From Raja brachyura (lineage: Eukaryota), in contig OY740781.1 in NCBI GenBank assembly GCA_963514005.1, positions 34,286,001-34,350,000 on the forward strand: DNA of 64,000 nt. The letters are read 5' to 3'. Both the position numbers and the translations under genes were made by a program. How positions within the stretch are numbered: the stretch's first letter is position 1; each line of letters starts with the position of its first letter. Below the pieces are notes generated by a model. That model did no database searches. It had not been told where the DNA came from and saw nothing but the letters and a program-made list of their open reading frames with translations. Of the stretch, positions 27,121-39,791 are shown one piece after another.

Positions 27121-29094
27121 AATAATCGGGCAGAAAAGGATAACCTGCCCTTTACAGAATTTTCTTTGTGTTTATTTTAATTGATTTCCATCAGTTTTGA
27201 ACTCTATTTGTGATATTTAAGTTAACATCAGGTGCTCACTGATGTAAACCTGCTACTTTCTACACAAAATACTTAAGGTTAAAGAAAATCAAATTTATAT
27301 TCTGCTGAACTTTAACTTTAGACTTAAAATAACAAAATATGCACTTTGAAATTACGTTTGATGTTTTTTAAAATCTCATTTTAATTGCTAACGCATGTAG
27401 CTGAGCAAAATCTGTTAATCAAATAGATCAAAGCTAAATTATTGTGGTGAATTTTACGTTAGTAACATACTATCATTGAATAGTTGATCCTAAACACATT
27501 TTAGATAATACAGAACACAATATTTTAAACTGTCATCCTTGTCAATTTTGTATAAACGAGAATGCTATTACAATCTAAACAGCCCCTTATCGCACCCAAA
27601 TATATTTTACAGTGCATCTCTTCTTTGAACTAGTGTACAACAGCGGAAACCTGTCAAAATGTTAAACATAATCTGTATTTATAATTTTGCTATTTTTACA
27701 CTTGATTTCGGTTGAAATGAAGTTGGTGAAACCAGGGCAACTAAACACGAAATTCAGGGCAGGAGTGTTTTGTATAACTGCACAACAAGCAAGAACCCTT
27801 ACAAATTAACCCTAGTATTAGGCATCGTTCACTCCCTTTTCTTTCAACAACATCTGGTCTCCTGGTAACTTGATCCACGCTTCCAACTTTTAATGTTAAA
27901 AAGTTATGCACAGCTTTACTGTTTGCTCTTAATTTTGTACTTTTTGAACTTATTTCCTCTGGTATTTGAACCATTGATGAAATTGAACAACCTAATTAAC
28001 CTCACTAATCTCTTTCATAATCCCGAGATTTTTAAATTAGGTTTCTCCAAAACTCTTCACCGATTTGACGTCCATTTTCAGTGTAACATAAAACAACAGC
28101 TCCTAAATCCAGCAATGATTCTGTAAATTGCAAACCAACATTTACCAAAAATGTTGATCATGATAATAAGAAACAAACTGTGGCAATCAACTAAACTAAA
28201 ATGAGTGAAATAAAAAATCAAATTAGATTCATGAGGATAAATAAGTAAACAAATGTGCTCAAGATCTGACAGTGTTCCTAGCAATGAAGGATGTTTTTGT
28301 TAAGACATTTCAGGCCGTTCCACAAATTCAAATGATCGCCTGTAGAATTGATCTACATCAAACATTTCATCTTCCCACCTCATCTATTTCTATAGCGTTT
28401 CAGACACCAAATCTAAGTTTACCACTTTATCAAATATTTCCTGTTTAAAGAAAAGCACAAAGACACTGAGAGTACACCAGAAATCATTGGTTAGTCAAGC
28501 TTTTATTAAGCAATCGGATCATTATTGTTAACATGCGCAATTAACATAACTGTAAATTGAAGGGTTAATTCTAACTAAAATGCATGAATTGGTTGCTAAT
28601 GGGGAAAAAAATGGAATTGAGTTTTCACAAATCAACAATGTCCCAATCAAATAAAAAGGGCAGGCCCCTTGTAGCCCGGCATTATGACCTGAATATCGTA
28701 CTTCATGTAGTACTCCAACCTCCAACTTCTAATGTTGGGTAGGATATGGTCATATCCAGCTCCTGCTGTCAGATTTCCTGCTGCTACATTCCCCCCACCA
28801 CACTCCACAACAATCCATAGATATGGAGATGCAGGTAAAATGTGCAGATGCACATCAGAGTGACATGCTGGAATCATTTTGGCCAGTAACAGGCGTAAAA
28901 TAAGGAGTTCCTGAAGGATGGGGAGTATTGTAGAGTCATACTGTGTAGAAACACCTTTGGCCCAGGTCATCCATGCTGACTGGGGGAAAAAGCAGAGAAG
29001 TAGCAGAGTATGTGTCAGAGAATGGAAAATGCTATGGAGTGGGCAGAGAGAAGGGGGGCAGATAGTGGAGCAGTCATACTGAAATAATGAAGGA

Positions 29095-29222
29095 GAGTCA
29101 TACAGCAGGGAAGCAGGCTCTTCAGCTCAACTCGTCGATACTGACCAAGATGTACCATCTAAGCTGGTCCCATTGCCCACATTATCCCATATTCCTCTAA
29201 ACCTTTTTCTATCCATGTACCT
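29095..29222 (-). mobile_element. CR1 3' fragment
   Basis: gagtcatacagcagggaagcaggctcttcagctcaac...ctatccatgtacct. Confidence 0.65.
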
Positions 29223-30851
29223 CGATAGAGGCAGTGAGAATGGAAAGAAAGAGTGCTGGAGGCATTTGGAAAAGGGAATTGAGAGGTTCAGGCAAAGGAA
29301 GGTGGTGTCTAGGAGAGGGAATTGTAAAATTACATAGAGAATGTTTGATCAGACGGAGATAGGATTTTGGATGTTGGAGTCGGAGAGATAGGTGTCGTCC
29401 TGGGTATCAGGAGGGGATTGAAAAGGGAGAGAGAGGATGGAGGAGCTTGGAGAGATCAGAAGAAGGTGGAGTCTGATGGAAGAGAGTTGGTAGGAGAGGT
29501 GGGAAAGGGGGAATTGAAAAGATGGTATGTAAACAACCAATCCAAATCACACAACCATGTGATAAAAATGTAGGAAACTTTTATTTAAAATTGCAATTAT
29601 TCAAGTTGCTATTTATAAGTAGTAACTGATTCAAGTTCAAATGTCTCATATCCAGGACAAAGCTGAGAAGCACAAATTTAACATTGTATTGATCACGGGA
29701 AACAGACGCAAAGTTTGAGGTAGAATGACAAACATTTGATAAACTATTACACTATTTATTATTTGTAATGAGAAATGCTTGCCATATGTGAATGAATTCT
29801 AAAATAAATACACACTAAACCCTAGCAATGGCACCAACAGCAGTGGTTTGGTCATTTAGCTGTACAGTTAATTCCAAGATGCCTTTTAAATCTCTGTGAC
29901 CAATGAAGAATGTCTGGTGCAGCTTGCTAAAGCCTTAGTCTTACGGGAAAAACAAAGCCTCTAGATGGCAGAATGACGACACTGACAAACTTTCATATCT
30001 ATTAACATCCAACTAAAAAATCCAAAATAAAAAAACTATGAAGTACACAATCCATTCAAAAATTCAACCCACAATGTTTCACGTCAATGAGTCAATATGG
30101 AGCACAGGGGAGGTTGGAATAAAGCACAAATTAAGGAGCAAAGTGCAGACTCTGAACAGGTCAAGAAGAATTTGCACTGGGGAGCAGAGGTAAAATTAAA
30201 TCTGATTTTAAGAAAATGCACTAATCACAGGTGAGTTCTCCATAGGCCCTGTCCTACAAATGTTTTTTTTCTCTATTTAATTGTCTCAACAGTTTTTATA
30301 TGTGTATCAAGCAGAATCAACTGCATAGATAAAAGATCTTTACTCATTCCTACATTCCAATACTCTGATGTAAATTCCACATGAAACAAATATTTTTAAA
30401 AAACGACCAGTTTCATTGAAGCAATATTTATGATCTGTTTTTACTATCAGAAACAGTACCACCTGTAAGGATTTGAGGATTAAATCCTTTGATTAAAGGC
30501 CTTTGAGGATTAAAAACAATCATGTCAATATTGTAGTGGTGTTTGGAATCAACCTAAGAGGATAGCAAGTGAAATATTTTCTATTCTTACATCTGTACAT
30601 GAATAACTGTCCTGATGATTTCAGTAATCACTAATGTGACAGCTAAATATGGATGTTTCTTAAAACTGCTTGAGACAATTGGCATTAATACAGGCATCTT
30701 TTGGAAATATATGTGCAATTCTGGCATCCCTCTTTAAAGTTCTTAAAAATTAAAGACGAATGATTACAGCACATGGGAACTGAAAGTAGAAAATACACTC
30801 AAAGAAATGAGCCAGTCTTCAACGAAGACGGCCAAGAGAGGACATGATCTA

Positions 30852-30965
30852 TGTGTAGAAAAGAACTGCAGTTGCTGGTTTAAATCAAAGCTAGACACAA
30901 AATGCTGGAGTAACTCAGCGGGAGCGACAGCATCTCTGGAGAGAAGGAATGGGTGACGTTTTGGG
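30852..30965 (-). mobile_element. Penelope-tail short element
   Basis: gtgtagaaaagaactgcagttgctggtttaaatc...gagaaggaatgggtgacgttttggg; ends inside the ribozyme-like stem. Confidence 0.75.
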
Positions 30966-31360
30966 ATCTAGTTACTTTAAAATATTGGAATGCACAGAAG
31001 CAAGCAGGGTATTAAGTAAACAAAGAATACAGGACGCAAGCACAAGATTATGAGGAAGTCAGAGAATGGAGTGAATTCTACACTCCACGTCAGCAAGTCG
31101 AGTAAACATATGGAACAGGTTCACTAAGTGAAGATCAATCAAATCCTTCACTCTAGCATGTCGCTGATCCACATAAATCACAGAGACCCAAAATTCAACC
31201 AGGATTCTTTGTGGCATTAGTTAATCTCAGTGAAGATGGGAAAGAGGAGTTCCTCCACCATCACCCACCAACACCCCCTTCCACCCCCCCCCCCGCCCAC
31301 TTGATCGACAATCATTGTTGTATTTTCGGTGACCAGTGACCAAGTCATCACTATTAAAAA

Positions 31361-31452
31361 TAACACAAAGTGCTGGAGTAACTCAGCACATCAGGCAGCA
31401 TCTCTGGAGAACATGAATAAGATGACGTTTCGGGGCAGGACCCTTCTTCAGA
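31361..31452 (-). mobile_element. Penelope-tail element with intact hammerhead-like core
   Basis: Reverse complement CTGAAGA-A-GGGtcctgcCCC-GAAACGTC at 31451-31424. Confidence 0.75.
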
Positions 31453-32816
31453 TACTATTCCCATACTTGAGAAAGATAGGAGCAAATATCATAGCTGTGT
31501 GGAATTATTTCCGAAGGAGCAATCAATGCTCAACGATGTTAAATGCTGTGATTAAACTGATGTTAAAACAAAACTCCTATAAACCCCATATACACAAACT
31601 ATAAACAACATGCAACAACCAATCTGAGAAAATGTTAATAACATCATTTTGGTATCTGAAACCCAACATATTAGTTTCAGTTCAGTTGGTAACATCTTGG
31701 TCCAATACATGAACATGCTTAAAACTAACTCTAGCAGTGGAGTACATAATCAATGTTTATGTTTGCCTTCTGGTGCAGCATTGAATGAGTGTTGTCCGAT
31801 TCAAGGTGTTTGCCTGTGGATTACATTAATTTCAGACCCCATCTTTATTATGTCAAGATAATTTGACAGCATATGATAACTAACAGCTCCAACTGTTCAT
31901 CTCTGAACCAACAACATGAAAAACATCTAATACTAATATAGTACCTGGGATATTTCAATATGCAAAATTAATGCTGCATTTGTTTACACAGAAATAGCAA
32001 ATTCAATTTACCGTGATAAATCATGGAGGACCATTTCAAAGATGTGATAGAAACCACGTAGAAGCAATTTTAGTTTTTATTCCTCAATGCTGACTATTCA
32101 TGAAAATTCAATTGTACAACTTTGAATTAAGTGCAGATGATTTTAGATATGCGCATGTTTAAACACACACTACAAATGGCTGCATCCACCCACAGACATA
32201 TCCACAGACACACACACGCTACACACAGATGCACGCACAGTTTTAACATCAGTTTAATCACAGCATTTGTCATGAATGCATAACATATGCAAAGAAAATT
32301 ATGTCTACATATATCGTGGATAAATTCTGGTTTGGAAATTCACGAGAAAAATGTGAACACGAATAATGATCCCATAATCGCACGTATAGAGTGTGGAAAG
32401 TGACAGAATTACAATGATATAGCCAATAATCTACTCTTTGGGATCAGAAGATCAGTGAAGGTAAATTCATGGAGGAAACAAAATATATATGTGTTTTTCT
32501 AATGTTTTCATCAAGCATCATAATGGTGAATTGATGTGAAGGTTGAACTAACTTAGGCAGTCACACAGAATGGAAACAACCCCAACCCCAATGAGTCTGA
32601 GTCAGCCGCCAAGCATCCATTTACACTAATCCTCCCTTAATCTCATTTTATTCCCACATTCTTGCCATCTCCCTATTTTACCAATCAGCTACATACTTGG
32701 GACGATTTACAATGGGCAATCAAGCCACCAATCTGCACACCGTCAGCATGTGGATGAAACCAGAGCAACGGCCGGAAACAAAACTGTGAATGTGCAATCC
32801 CGACCTGATGGTGTTA

Positions 32817-34419
32817 CAGTGCCCTCCATAATGTTTGGGACAAAGACTCATCATTTATTTATTTGCCTCTGTACTCTATAATTGTAGAGACTTGTAATAG
32901 AATAAATCAACGGTGGTTAAAGTGCACATTGTCAGATTTTATTAAAGGCAATTTTTATACACTTTGTTTTCACCATGTGGAAATTTCAGCAGTGTTTATA
33001 CATAGTCCCCCCATTGTAATTGATCAGGTGATCAATGCCTCCTTAATGCAGGTATAAGAGAGCTCTCAGCACCTAGTCTTTCCTCCAGTCTTTCCATCAC
33101 CTTTGGAAACTTTTATTGCTGTTTATCAACATGAGGACCAAAAGTTGTGCCAATGAATGTCAAAGAAGCCATTAAGAGACTGAGAAACAAGAATAAAACT
33201 GTTAGAGACATCAGCCAAACCTTAGGCTTACCAAAATCAACTGTTTGGAACATTATTAAGAAGAAAGAGAGCACTGGTGAGCTTACTAATTGCAAAGGGA
33301 CTGGCAGGCCAAGGAAACTCACCACAGCTGATGACAGACAAATTCTCTCCATAATAAAAAATAAAAAAAAAACACCTGTCCGACAGATCAGAAACACTCT
33401 TCAGGAGTCAGGTGTGGATTTGTCAATGACCACTGTCCGCAGAAGGCTTCATGAACAGAAATACAGAGGCTACACTGCAAGATGCAAACCACTGGTTAGC
33501 TGCAAAAATAGGATGGCCAGGTTACAGTTTGCCAAGAAGTACATAAAAAGAGCAAACACAGTTCTGGAAAAAGGTCTTGTGGACAGATGAGATGAAGATT
33601 AACTTATATCAGAGTGATGGCAAGAGAAAGGTATGGAGGAGTGAAGGAACTGCCCAAGATCCAAAGCATACCACCACATCTGTGAAACACCGTGGCGGGG
33701 ATGTTATGGCCTAGGAATGTATGGCTGCTGAAGGTACTGGCTCACCTAACTTCATTAATGAAAGAACTGCTGATGGTAGCAGCATAATGAATTCTGAAGT
33801 GTATAGACACATCCTATCTGCTCAATTTCAAACAAATGCCTCAAAACTCATTGGCCAGTGGTTCATTCCACAGCAAGACAATGATCCCAAACATACTGCT
33901 AAAGCAACAAAGGAGTTTTTCAAAGTTAAAAATTGTCCATTCTTGAGTGGCCAAGTCAATCACCTGATCTGAACCCAATTGAGCATGCCTTTTATATGCT
34001 GAAGAGAAAACTGAAGGGTACCATCCCCCAAAACACGCATAAGCCAAAGATGGCTGCAATACAGGCCTGGCAGAGCACCTCCAGAGAAGACACCCAGCAA
34101 CTGGTAATGTCCATGAATCGTAGACTTTAAGCAGTCATTGCATGCAAAGGATATGCAACAAAATACTAAATATGACTACTTTCATTTACATGACATTGCT
34201 GTGTCCCAAACATCCTGGTGCCCAGAAATGGGGGACTATGTATAAACACTGCTGTAATTTTTACATGGTGAAACCAAAATGTATAAATATGTCCTTTATT
34301 AAAATCTGACAATTTGCACTTTAATCACTGATTTTTTCTATAACAAATCTCAAATTGCGGAATAAGGAGGCAAATAAATAAATGATGGGTCTTTGTCCCA
34401 AACATTATGGAGGGCACTG
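32817..34419 (+). mobile_element. Tc1 (DD34E, IR/DR type) DNA transposon, inactivated
   Basis: TA TSD at 32815-16 and 34420-21; matching termini CAGTGCCCTCCATAATGTTTGGGACAAAGAC; left TIR lacks the inner DR; same family as 23453-25112. Confidence 0.95.
33131..34169 (+). pseudogene. Tc1 transposase pseudogene
   Basis: Paired-like HTH (TVRDISQTLGLPKSTVWNII), GRPRK, WTDEMK, QQDNDPKH, SPDLNPIEH spread over several frames. Confidence 0.9.
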
Positions 34420-34638
34420 TAAGTTTGAACAAGGATCACAGGAGCTGTCAGAAAGCAGTTCTACTAGCTATGTCATTGTATTGCATCAAGCAGGGATTAG
34501 GCTCAGAAGGAAGCACTTAAGATGAGAGAGTAGATACAAAAACTCTCAGAAAAAAAAGAAAAAGCATTAAAACATGGAATAGGAAGTAGTGAGACAGAAC
34601 TAGAGTAAGAGAGAATACTGCAAGATACTCTTACAGTG

Positions 34639-34786
34639 CATAGAGCTCTAGGGGCTGGTGGAGTCAAGGGATATGGGGAGAAGGCAGGCATTGATAGGGG
34701 ACGATCAGCCATGATCACAATGAATGGCGGTGCTGGCTCGAAGGGCCGAATGGCCTTCTCCTATACCTATTATCTATGTTTCTATC
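34639..34786 (+). mobile_element. CR1 3' tail
   Basis: RALGAGGVKGYGEKAG plus gatcagccatgatc...gaagggccgaatggcc tail. Confidence 0.8.
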
Positions 34787-35799
34787 TAAGTACAGATACA
34801 TACCACCAAGACAAATTACTAAACCATGGCATAACAAAGACGGCTGAAGAAAAGGCAGAAATGGGTTCGATAAAAATCCTGGAATCAAGGTTTTCAGGAA
34901 AGGCAGAGAGGGAAAGAAAAGAGAATGAATAGCATTATGAAGCATAGTGCAGGTAGAAACATAGAAACATAGAAAGGTAGTTCTACTATATTGTGTGTTT
35001 CCATAACTGTAATTAGATATAATGCAATTGATGAATAACGGTATTTGTATAATGCAAGCTGACTGTTGCAACATGATTTCAATCGGGAAATATAGAACTA
35101 TTAAAAGTTACTCAGGAAATTGATGAATAGGAAAAACGTTGGGTAAAAGGAAATATTTATGAACAAAAAGGAACTGTTTTCATGTAAATATTGTCACTTT
35201 AGAACATAATATCGCCGCAGGAGACCATTGAAATTGGGAATCAATCGCTTCTATTGATACTTGTGCAATGGTACACTACTAAACAATGTAACATACAGCC
35301 TTCAGTATTTTAAGCTGGCAGTGACAAAAAAAGACCTTTGTTTTTGAAAATCTTGCAGGAAAGACAATGTTATTATTGTAAGTTTGAAACTCTAGCCTCT
35401 AAGCCCCCTTTCCCCATTGACACAATTGGTTTTTAACATTGCGATTTTCTATAACTCAAGGTTTCTCACGAACACAACTATTGGATCATAGAAGAACTAT
35501 CTCTATTGCAGTTTTGGAGAGAAAAGATGTTCTTGAATGATCAAAGACAGAATGTTTACAGTTCAGGATCATTAAAGAAACCAAATCTTCTCATTCTTGT
35601 CACCACAATGGAGAAATAAATGGGAGGAACTAACTTTAAAAAAGAGTTCAAGAATAATGAGATATGAGCAAGATATGCAGAACACTGATTGAAGGTGGCA
35701 AGGCAGGTTCAGAAAGTGATTTAAAAAAAAGTGTTCAGGGCTTAATAAGTTGAGGCACAATGTACAAGAACAAGGATGTCATAATGAAATACTGATGCA

Positions 35800-35952
35800 A
35801 CCAGAACTGGGAAATGAGAAGCTAATGCTACTTGGGTGGGGAGGGATAGAGAGAGAGGGAATGCCGCGGCTACTTGAAGTGAGATAAATCAAGATTATTA
35901 CCATTGGGCTGAAAGCTGCTCAAGCGAAATACGAGATGCTGTTCCTCCAATT
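35800..35952 (-). mobile_element. Penelope-like element ORF C-terminus fragment plus 3' UTR
   Basis: 35952-35870 translates LEEQHLVFRLSSFQPNGNNLDLSHFK*, the end of a PLE GIY-YIG domain. Confidence 0.8.
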
Positions 35953-36902
35953 ATATTACATTGTTGATTTTCCTTTAACTTCAAGAATAAGCAACTGTAA
36001 ATGAGATTGGTATGAGAAGACGCACTCTCTTGAGCAAGGATCCAAGTAGATCAGCTCTCATCGAATGGAGCTGAATAAGAATCAAGGTTTTGAAGGGATT
36101 CAAGATAATTGTAATAGTGCAGCATGAAGTAAATTTTTAATATTTTGTAATAGTTATGGAAAAACATATTAGAAATGAATATTGTCTTTGGGCTTTTTGA
36201 TCAATCTTGGTCCTTCATGGACAAAATTAATTTTTCATAGCTGTTTCTACTTATAACAATTTGAAACCCAAATCTTGAATATTGGGCAGAAAATGCATGA
36301 TATCAATGACTAATTTTTCATTGCACATTCACACACACACACACTGCTCGGCTGTCTTAGCTAAAGACAGAGGTAATTGAATAGTTTATCTTTGTATGAT
36401 GGTTCCAGAACATTATGCCAAAGAAAATAGTAGTTGGAGAATTTATAAGGTAGGATGTATGAATAGAAAGACATCCTAAGGTTTTTCTTAATCTATTACT
36501 GAAGACTGGGAGGACACTTTGCAGGATCTTTCCTAAGATTAATCGGGTTTATGGAACAGAGCAAATGACTTGGGAAAAACAGTGTTTCATGGGCTGACCG
36601 GATTTTCTTTATGTTAACTTCTCAAACATTAATGTATGAATAGCAGTAACTATTTGGTTAGTTGTTTTATGTGAGGCTGTCAAATTCCTGTTTAAGTAGA
36701 AAAGTTTAAACTTTCCCAGTCGAACCCAGAAGGAAGAGAAAGCTAAGATTGAAGAAAATTCCTCATGATCTATCAAAGAGGAATGCAATGTGAGTGATAT
36801 GAATCAGCTACAATTCATATGGATGTTGATGCTACATAAATAACTGCTTCTCACTATGAAACTCCAAACATTTAGCTTTTTTGTACAGGTAACTATGAGC
36901 CT

Positions 36903-37126
36903 GTGTAGAAAGGTAATGCAGGTGCTGATTTAAACCGAAGATACACACAAAATGCTGGAGTAACTCAGTAGGATAGGCAGCTTGTCTGGAGAGAAGGAAT
37001 GGGTGATGTTTTGGGTCACGCTTCTTCAGACTGATCTGAAGTCTGAAGAAGGGCCTCAACCCGAAACGTCAACCATTCCTTCTCTCCAGAGATGCTGCCT
37101 GTCCCGCTGAGTTACTCCAGCATTTT
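36903..37126. mobile_element. Palindromic Penelope-tail element with hammerhead-like core and 14-bp TSD
   Basis: GTAACTATGAGCCT at 36889-36902 and 37127-37140; ~85-bp inverted arms; core CTGAAGA at 37043-49 and GAAACGTC at 37063-70. Confidence 0.85.
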
Positions 37127-37214
37127 GTAACTATGAGCCTCCCAGATTCCAATCAAATTTTAAATCCACGTTGCAGTTAATGTTGATATATCTCAGCTGT
37201 TGGTATTAATAGAT

Positions 37215-37545
37215 TTAGTTCCCAATGTTGGGCGAGTCCAGAACCAGCGACCACAGTCTTAGAATAAAGGGGAGGCCATTTAAGACTGAGTCGAGAAAAA
37301 ACTTAATTACCCAGAGAGTTGTGAATTTGTGGAATTCCCTGTCACAGAGGGCAGTGGAGGCCAAATCTCTGGATGGATTTAAGAGAGAGTTAGATAGAGC
37401 TCTAGGGGCTAGTGGAATCAAGGGATATGGGGAGAAGGCAGGCATGGGTTATTGATTGGGGACGATCAGCCATGAATGGCGGTGCTGGCTCGAAGGGCCG
37501 AAGGGCCGAATGACCTCCTCCTGCATCTATATTCTATGTTTCTAT
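37215..37545 (+). mobile_element. CR1 LINE 3' fragment
   Basis: SRTSDHSLRIKGRPFKTESRKNLITQRVVNLWNSLSQRAVEA...FKRELD plus ttctatgtttctat tail. Confidence 0.9.
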
Positions 37546-37644
37546 TTATATTCTTCAAATTTAACATTATCATCAATGCGGCATTGATGATAAGTGATAA
37601 CTAAATTCAATTGAGGCAAATGGGAATTATGACTTAAGAAAACA

Positions 37645-37860
37645 GACACACACGGAACTAAAGATCCTGGAACCTTAAGCACAACATAAGGTACTGAAGG
37701 AACTCAGCAGGTCAGGTGGCACCTGTGCAGGAATGGACAGATGATGTATTGGGTTGAGACCTTTCTTCAGACTGAAGAAGGGCCCCAAACTGAAACGCCG
37801 TTTGCTCATTCCCTCCACAATTGCTGACTAACCCATTGAATTCCTCCAGAACTTTGTTTG
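37645..37860. mobile_element. Older palindromic Penelope-tail element
   Basis: Centre ctttcttcag-a-ctgaagaagggccccaaactgaaacg with diverged inverted arms. Confidence 0.65.
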
Positions 37861-38019
37861 GCTTAAAAAGAGAGCGGAACTGAACTGAATGGGCTAGTGG
37901 GATCAGCCACTGGGCCTTGCGTTGTGCAAAGTGTAGCCTGGATGTCCTGTGTGAAGTATTAGTAGTTTTCAGCTGCCAAAGTGCTGTTGATCATGATATC
38001 AATAACCTTAATACTGGTA

Positions 38020-38205
38020 CTAACAGTGCAAAATCAAAGTCCGTGTGCATCCAAAGACACAGTCCATGGAAGTTCATAATAGCTGAGGTTAATGTTGTGT
38101 GGTGTTCAAGAGCCTGATGGTTGTTGTGAAGAACCTATTATTGAATCTAGTGGTCATGGTTTTCAGGCACCTGTGCTTTCTTCCTGATGGTAGGAGCAAA
38201 ATGGA
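38020..38205 (-). mobile_element. Rex1/Babar-like 3' fragment
   Basis: Minus frame LLPSGRKHRCLKTMTTRFNNRFFTTTIRLLN. Confidence 0.65.
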
Positions 38206-38856
38206 GCATCTGAAAAGGGATTCCATCCTGAAAGCCTATCCTCAGGCAAACAGGTGCAGCAAATGCCAAAATCAATATTTAATAAAATAAAATTTATAGG
38301 GAGTGCTGTCACCAGGTAAACTCAAGAAACTCAAGATTGTGCCCCATAACCATGCTCAAGGGCAATGAGGAATAGCCAACAATTATTAACTTTGCTAGAA
38401 ATCCCCATATCTTGTTAAAGAACACTACAAAATAAATCCACAGCTTGGGGTTCATACATCACAATTGATGCATAAAAGCTAATTTACAGAAATTATACGT
38501 TCAAAGTTTCCACATGGACGCTATTCTAACAAAAGCATTAATAGATTAGCTTCTGATCCTTTCTTTAAAATCAAAGTTTGATTTTAATTGGATTATAAAC
38601 TTTCCATGTCCTGTGTGCCCCTTTAGACATCACTCTGTAATCTTGCAATAAATATCATGAAAATATTTAGAATGCAATTGATATAAGATGAACTTTGCCC
38701 ATGGAAGGAAATAACATGCTTGTTTGTTACATTTAATCCAGGAGTTATGTAAGAGTTGGACTAATATTGCAAAGAAAGAGCAAATAACAAAGTGCCGGAG
38801 GAATCAGTGGGTCAGGTAGCATCTGTGCAGGTGTTTCAGGTCAGGGCCCTTAGTGC

Positions 38857-39325
38857 CATAGAGCCATACAGCGTGGAAATGGGGCCTTCTGTCCAACTTG
38901 CCCATGCCTGCCAACATGCCACACCTACACTCGTCCCATCTGGCTATGTTTGGCCCATATTCCTCTAAATCAATTCCACCTGTATCTGTCCAAGTTTCTT
39001 AAATATCGTGATAGTGCTTGCCTCAACTACCTCCTCCAGTAGCTCATTGCATATACCCACCACCTTTTTTGTGAAAAAAATTGCCCTCAGGTACCAAAGG
39101 TTGCCCTCAGGTACCAATCTGTCCCCTCTAACCTTGATTCCCCTACTCTGGGTAAAATACTCTGTGCATTTACCCTATCTATTTCTCTCACTATCTTAAG
39201 GGTCTCGACCCGAAACATTGCCCATTCCTTTTCTCCAAACATGCTGCTTGTCCTGCTGAGTTACTCCAGCTTTTTGTGTCTATCGTCACTATCTTATACA
39301 CCTCTATAAGATCACCTGCATCCTT
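38857..39325 (-). mobile_element. CR1 3' fragment interrupted by a Penelope-tail element
   Basis: Colinear with CR1 at 48205-48610. Confidence 0.75.
39199..39285 (+). mobile_element. Penelope-tail element nested in CR1, 11-bp TSD
   Basis: TCACTATCTTA at 39188-39198 and 39286-39296; starts agggtctcgacccgaaac. Confidence 0.8.
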
Positions 39326-39791
39326 TCCAGCTTAACAAAATCTTTCCTGCGTAAGAAAATGTCGATACCAGTAACCACTTAATAGGTTTATTTGTATGCC
39401 ATATTTATAAATTGATAATCAGCAGTTGACAAAAAAAAGAAAAACCTACAGCTCACATTGAATTCATTTATATTAATAAAATTAAAGCTTCAAACAAATT
39501 TTAAAAACACATGTCAACAATTTCTCAAACACCATTAATGCAAAAACAGTACAGATCGCCATTGGCTAATTCTTGTTCAGAAATAGAAGCATCTTTGAAT
39601 GGTTTTCCAAATTAAGCCACTCAGAAAGGCTAGAAATAAAGAATTTTCTCAAACATCCCAATGTCCTGTCTGAATGTATATTGGAAAATCTGTGATCACA
39701 GATCACACAGGATAGCAGCATTCTGGTGACAGTCATCAAGCAGTTTTCCACACCGGAGATGCTGTCTGGATAAAGATTAAGGTTCCCCAGC

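Larger units (their letters stand above)
32560..34485 (-). mobile_element. Old tRNA-SINE split by the Tc1 insertion (parts 32560-32814 and 34422-34485)
   Basis: SINE body (aatctgcacac...gcatgtggatgaaaccagagca) left of the Tc1; SINE head (tttgaacaaggatcacaggagctgtcagaaagcagttctac) right of it. Confidence 0.6.

Noticed and set aside
28528-28970. Minus-strand ORFs of 65 and 107 aa
   Set aside because: No recognisable domain; the longer one starts in a CR1 tail; no convincing splice-site pair
29230-29530. Purine-rich tract possibly from an ancient Penelope copy
   Set aside because: Too degraded to support by eye
36903-37126. miRNA precursor or DNA-transposon MITE interpretation of the palindromes
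   Set aside because: Arms derive from a retroelement tail, are asymmetric, and have long variable TSDs rather than fixed TA/TAA/8-bp TSDs
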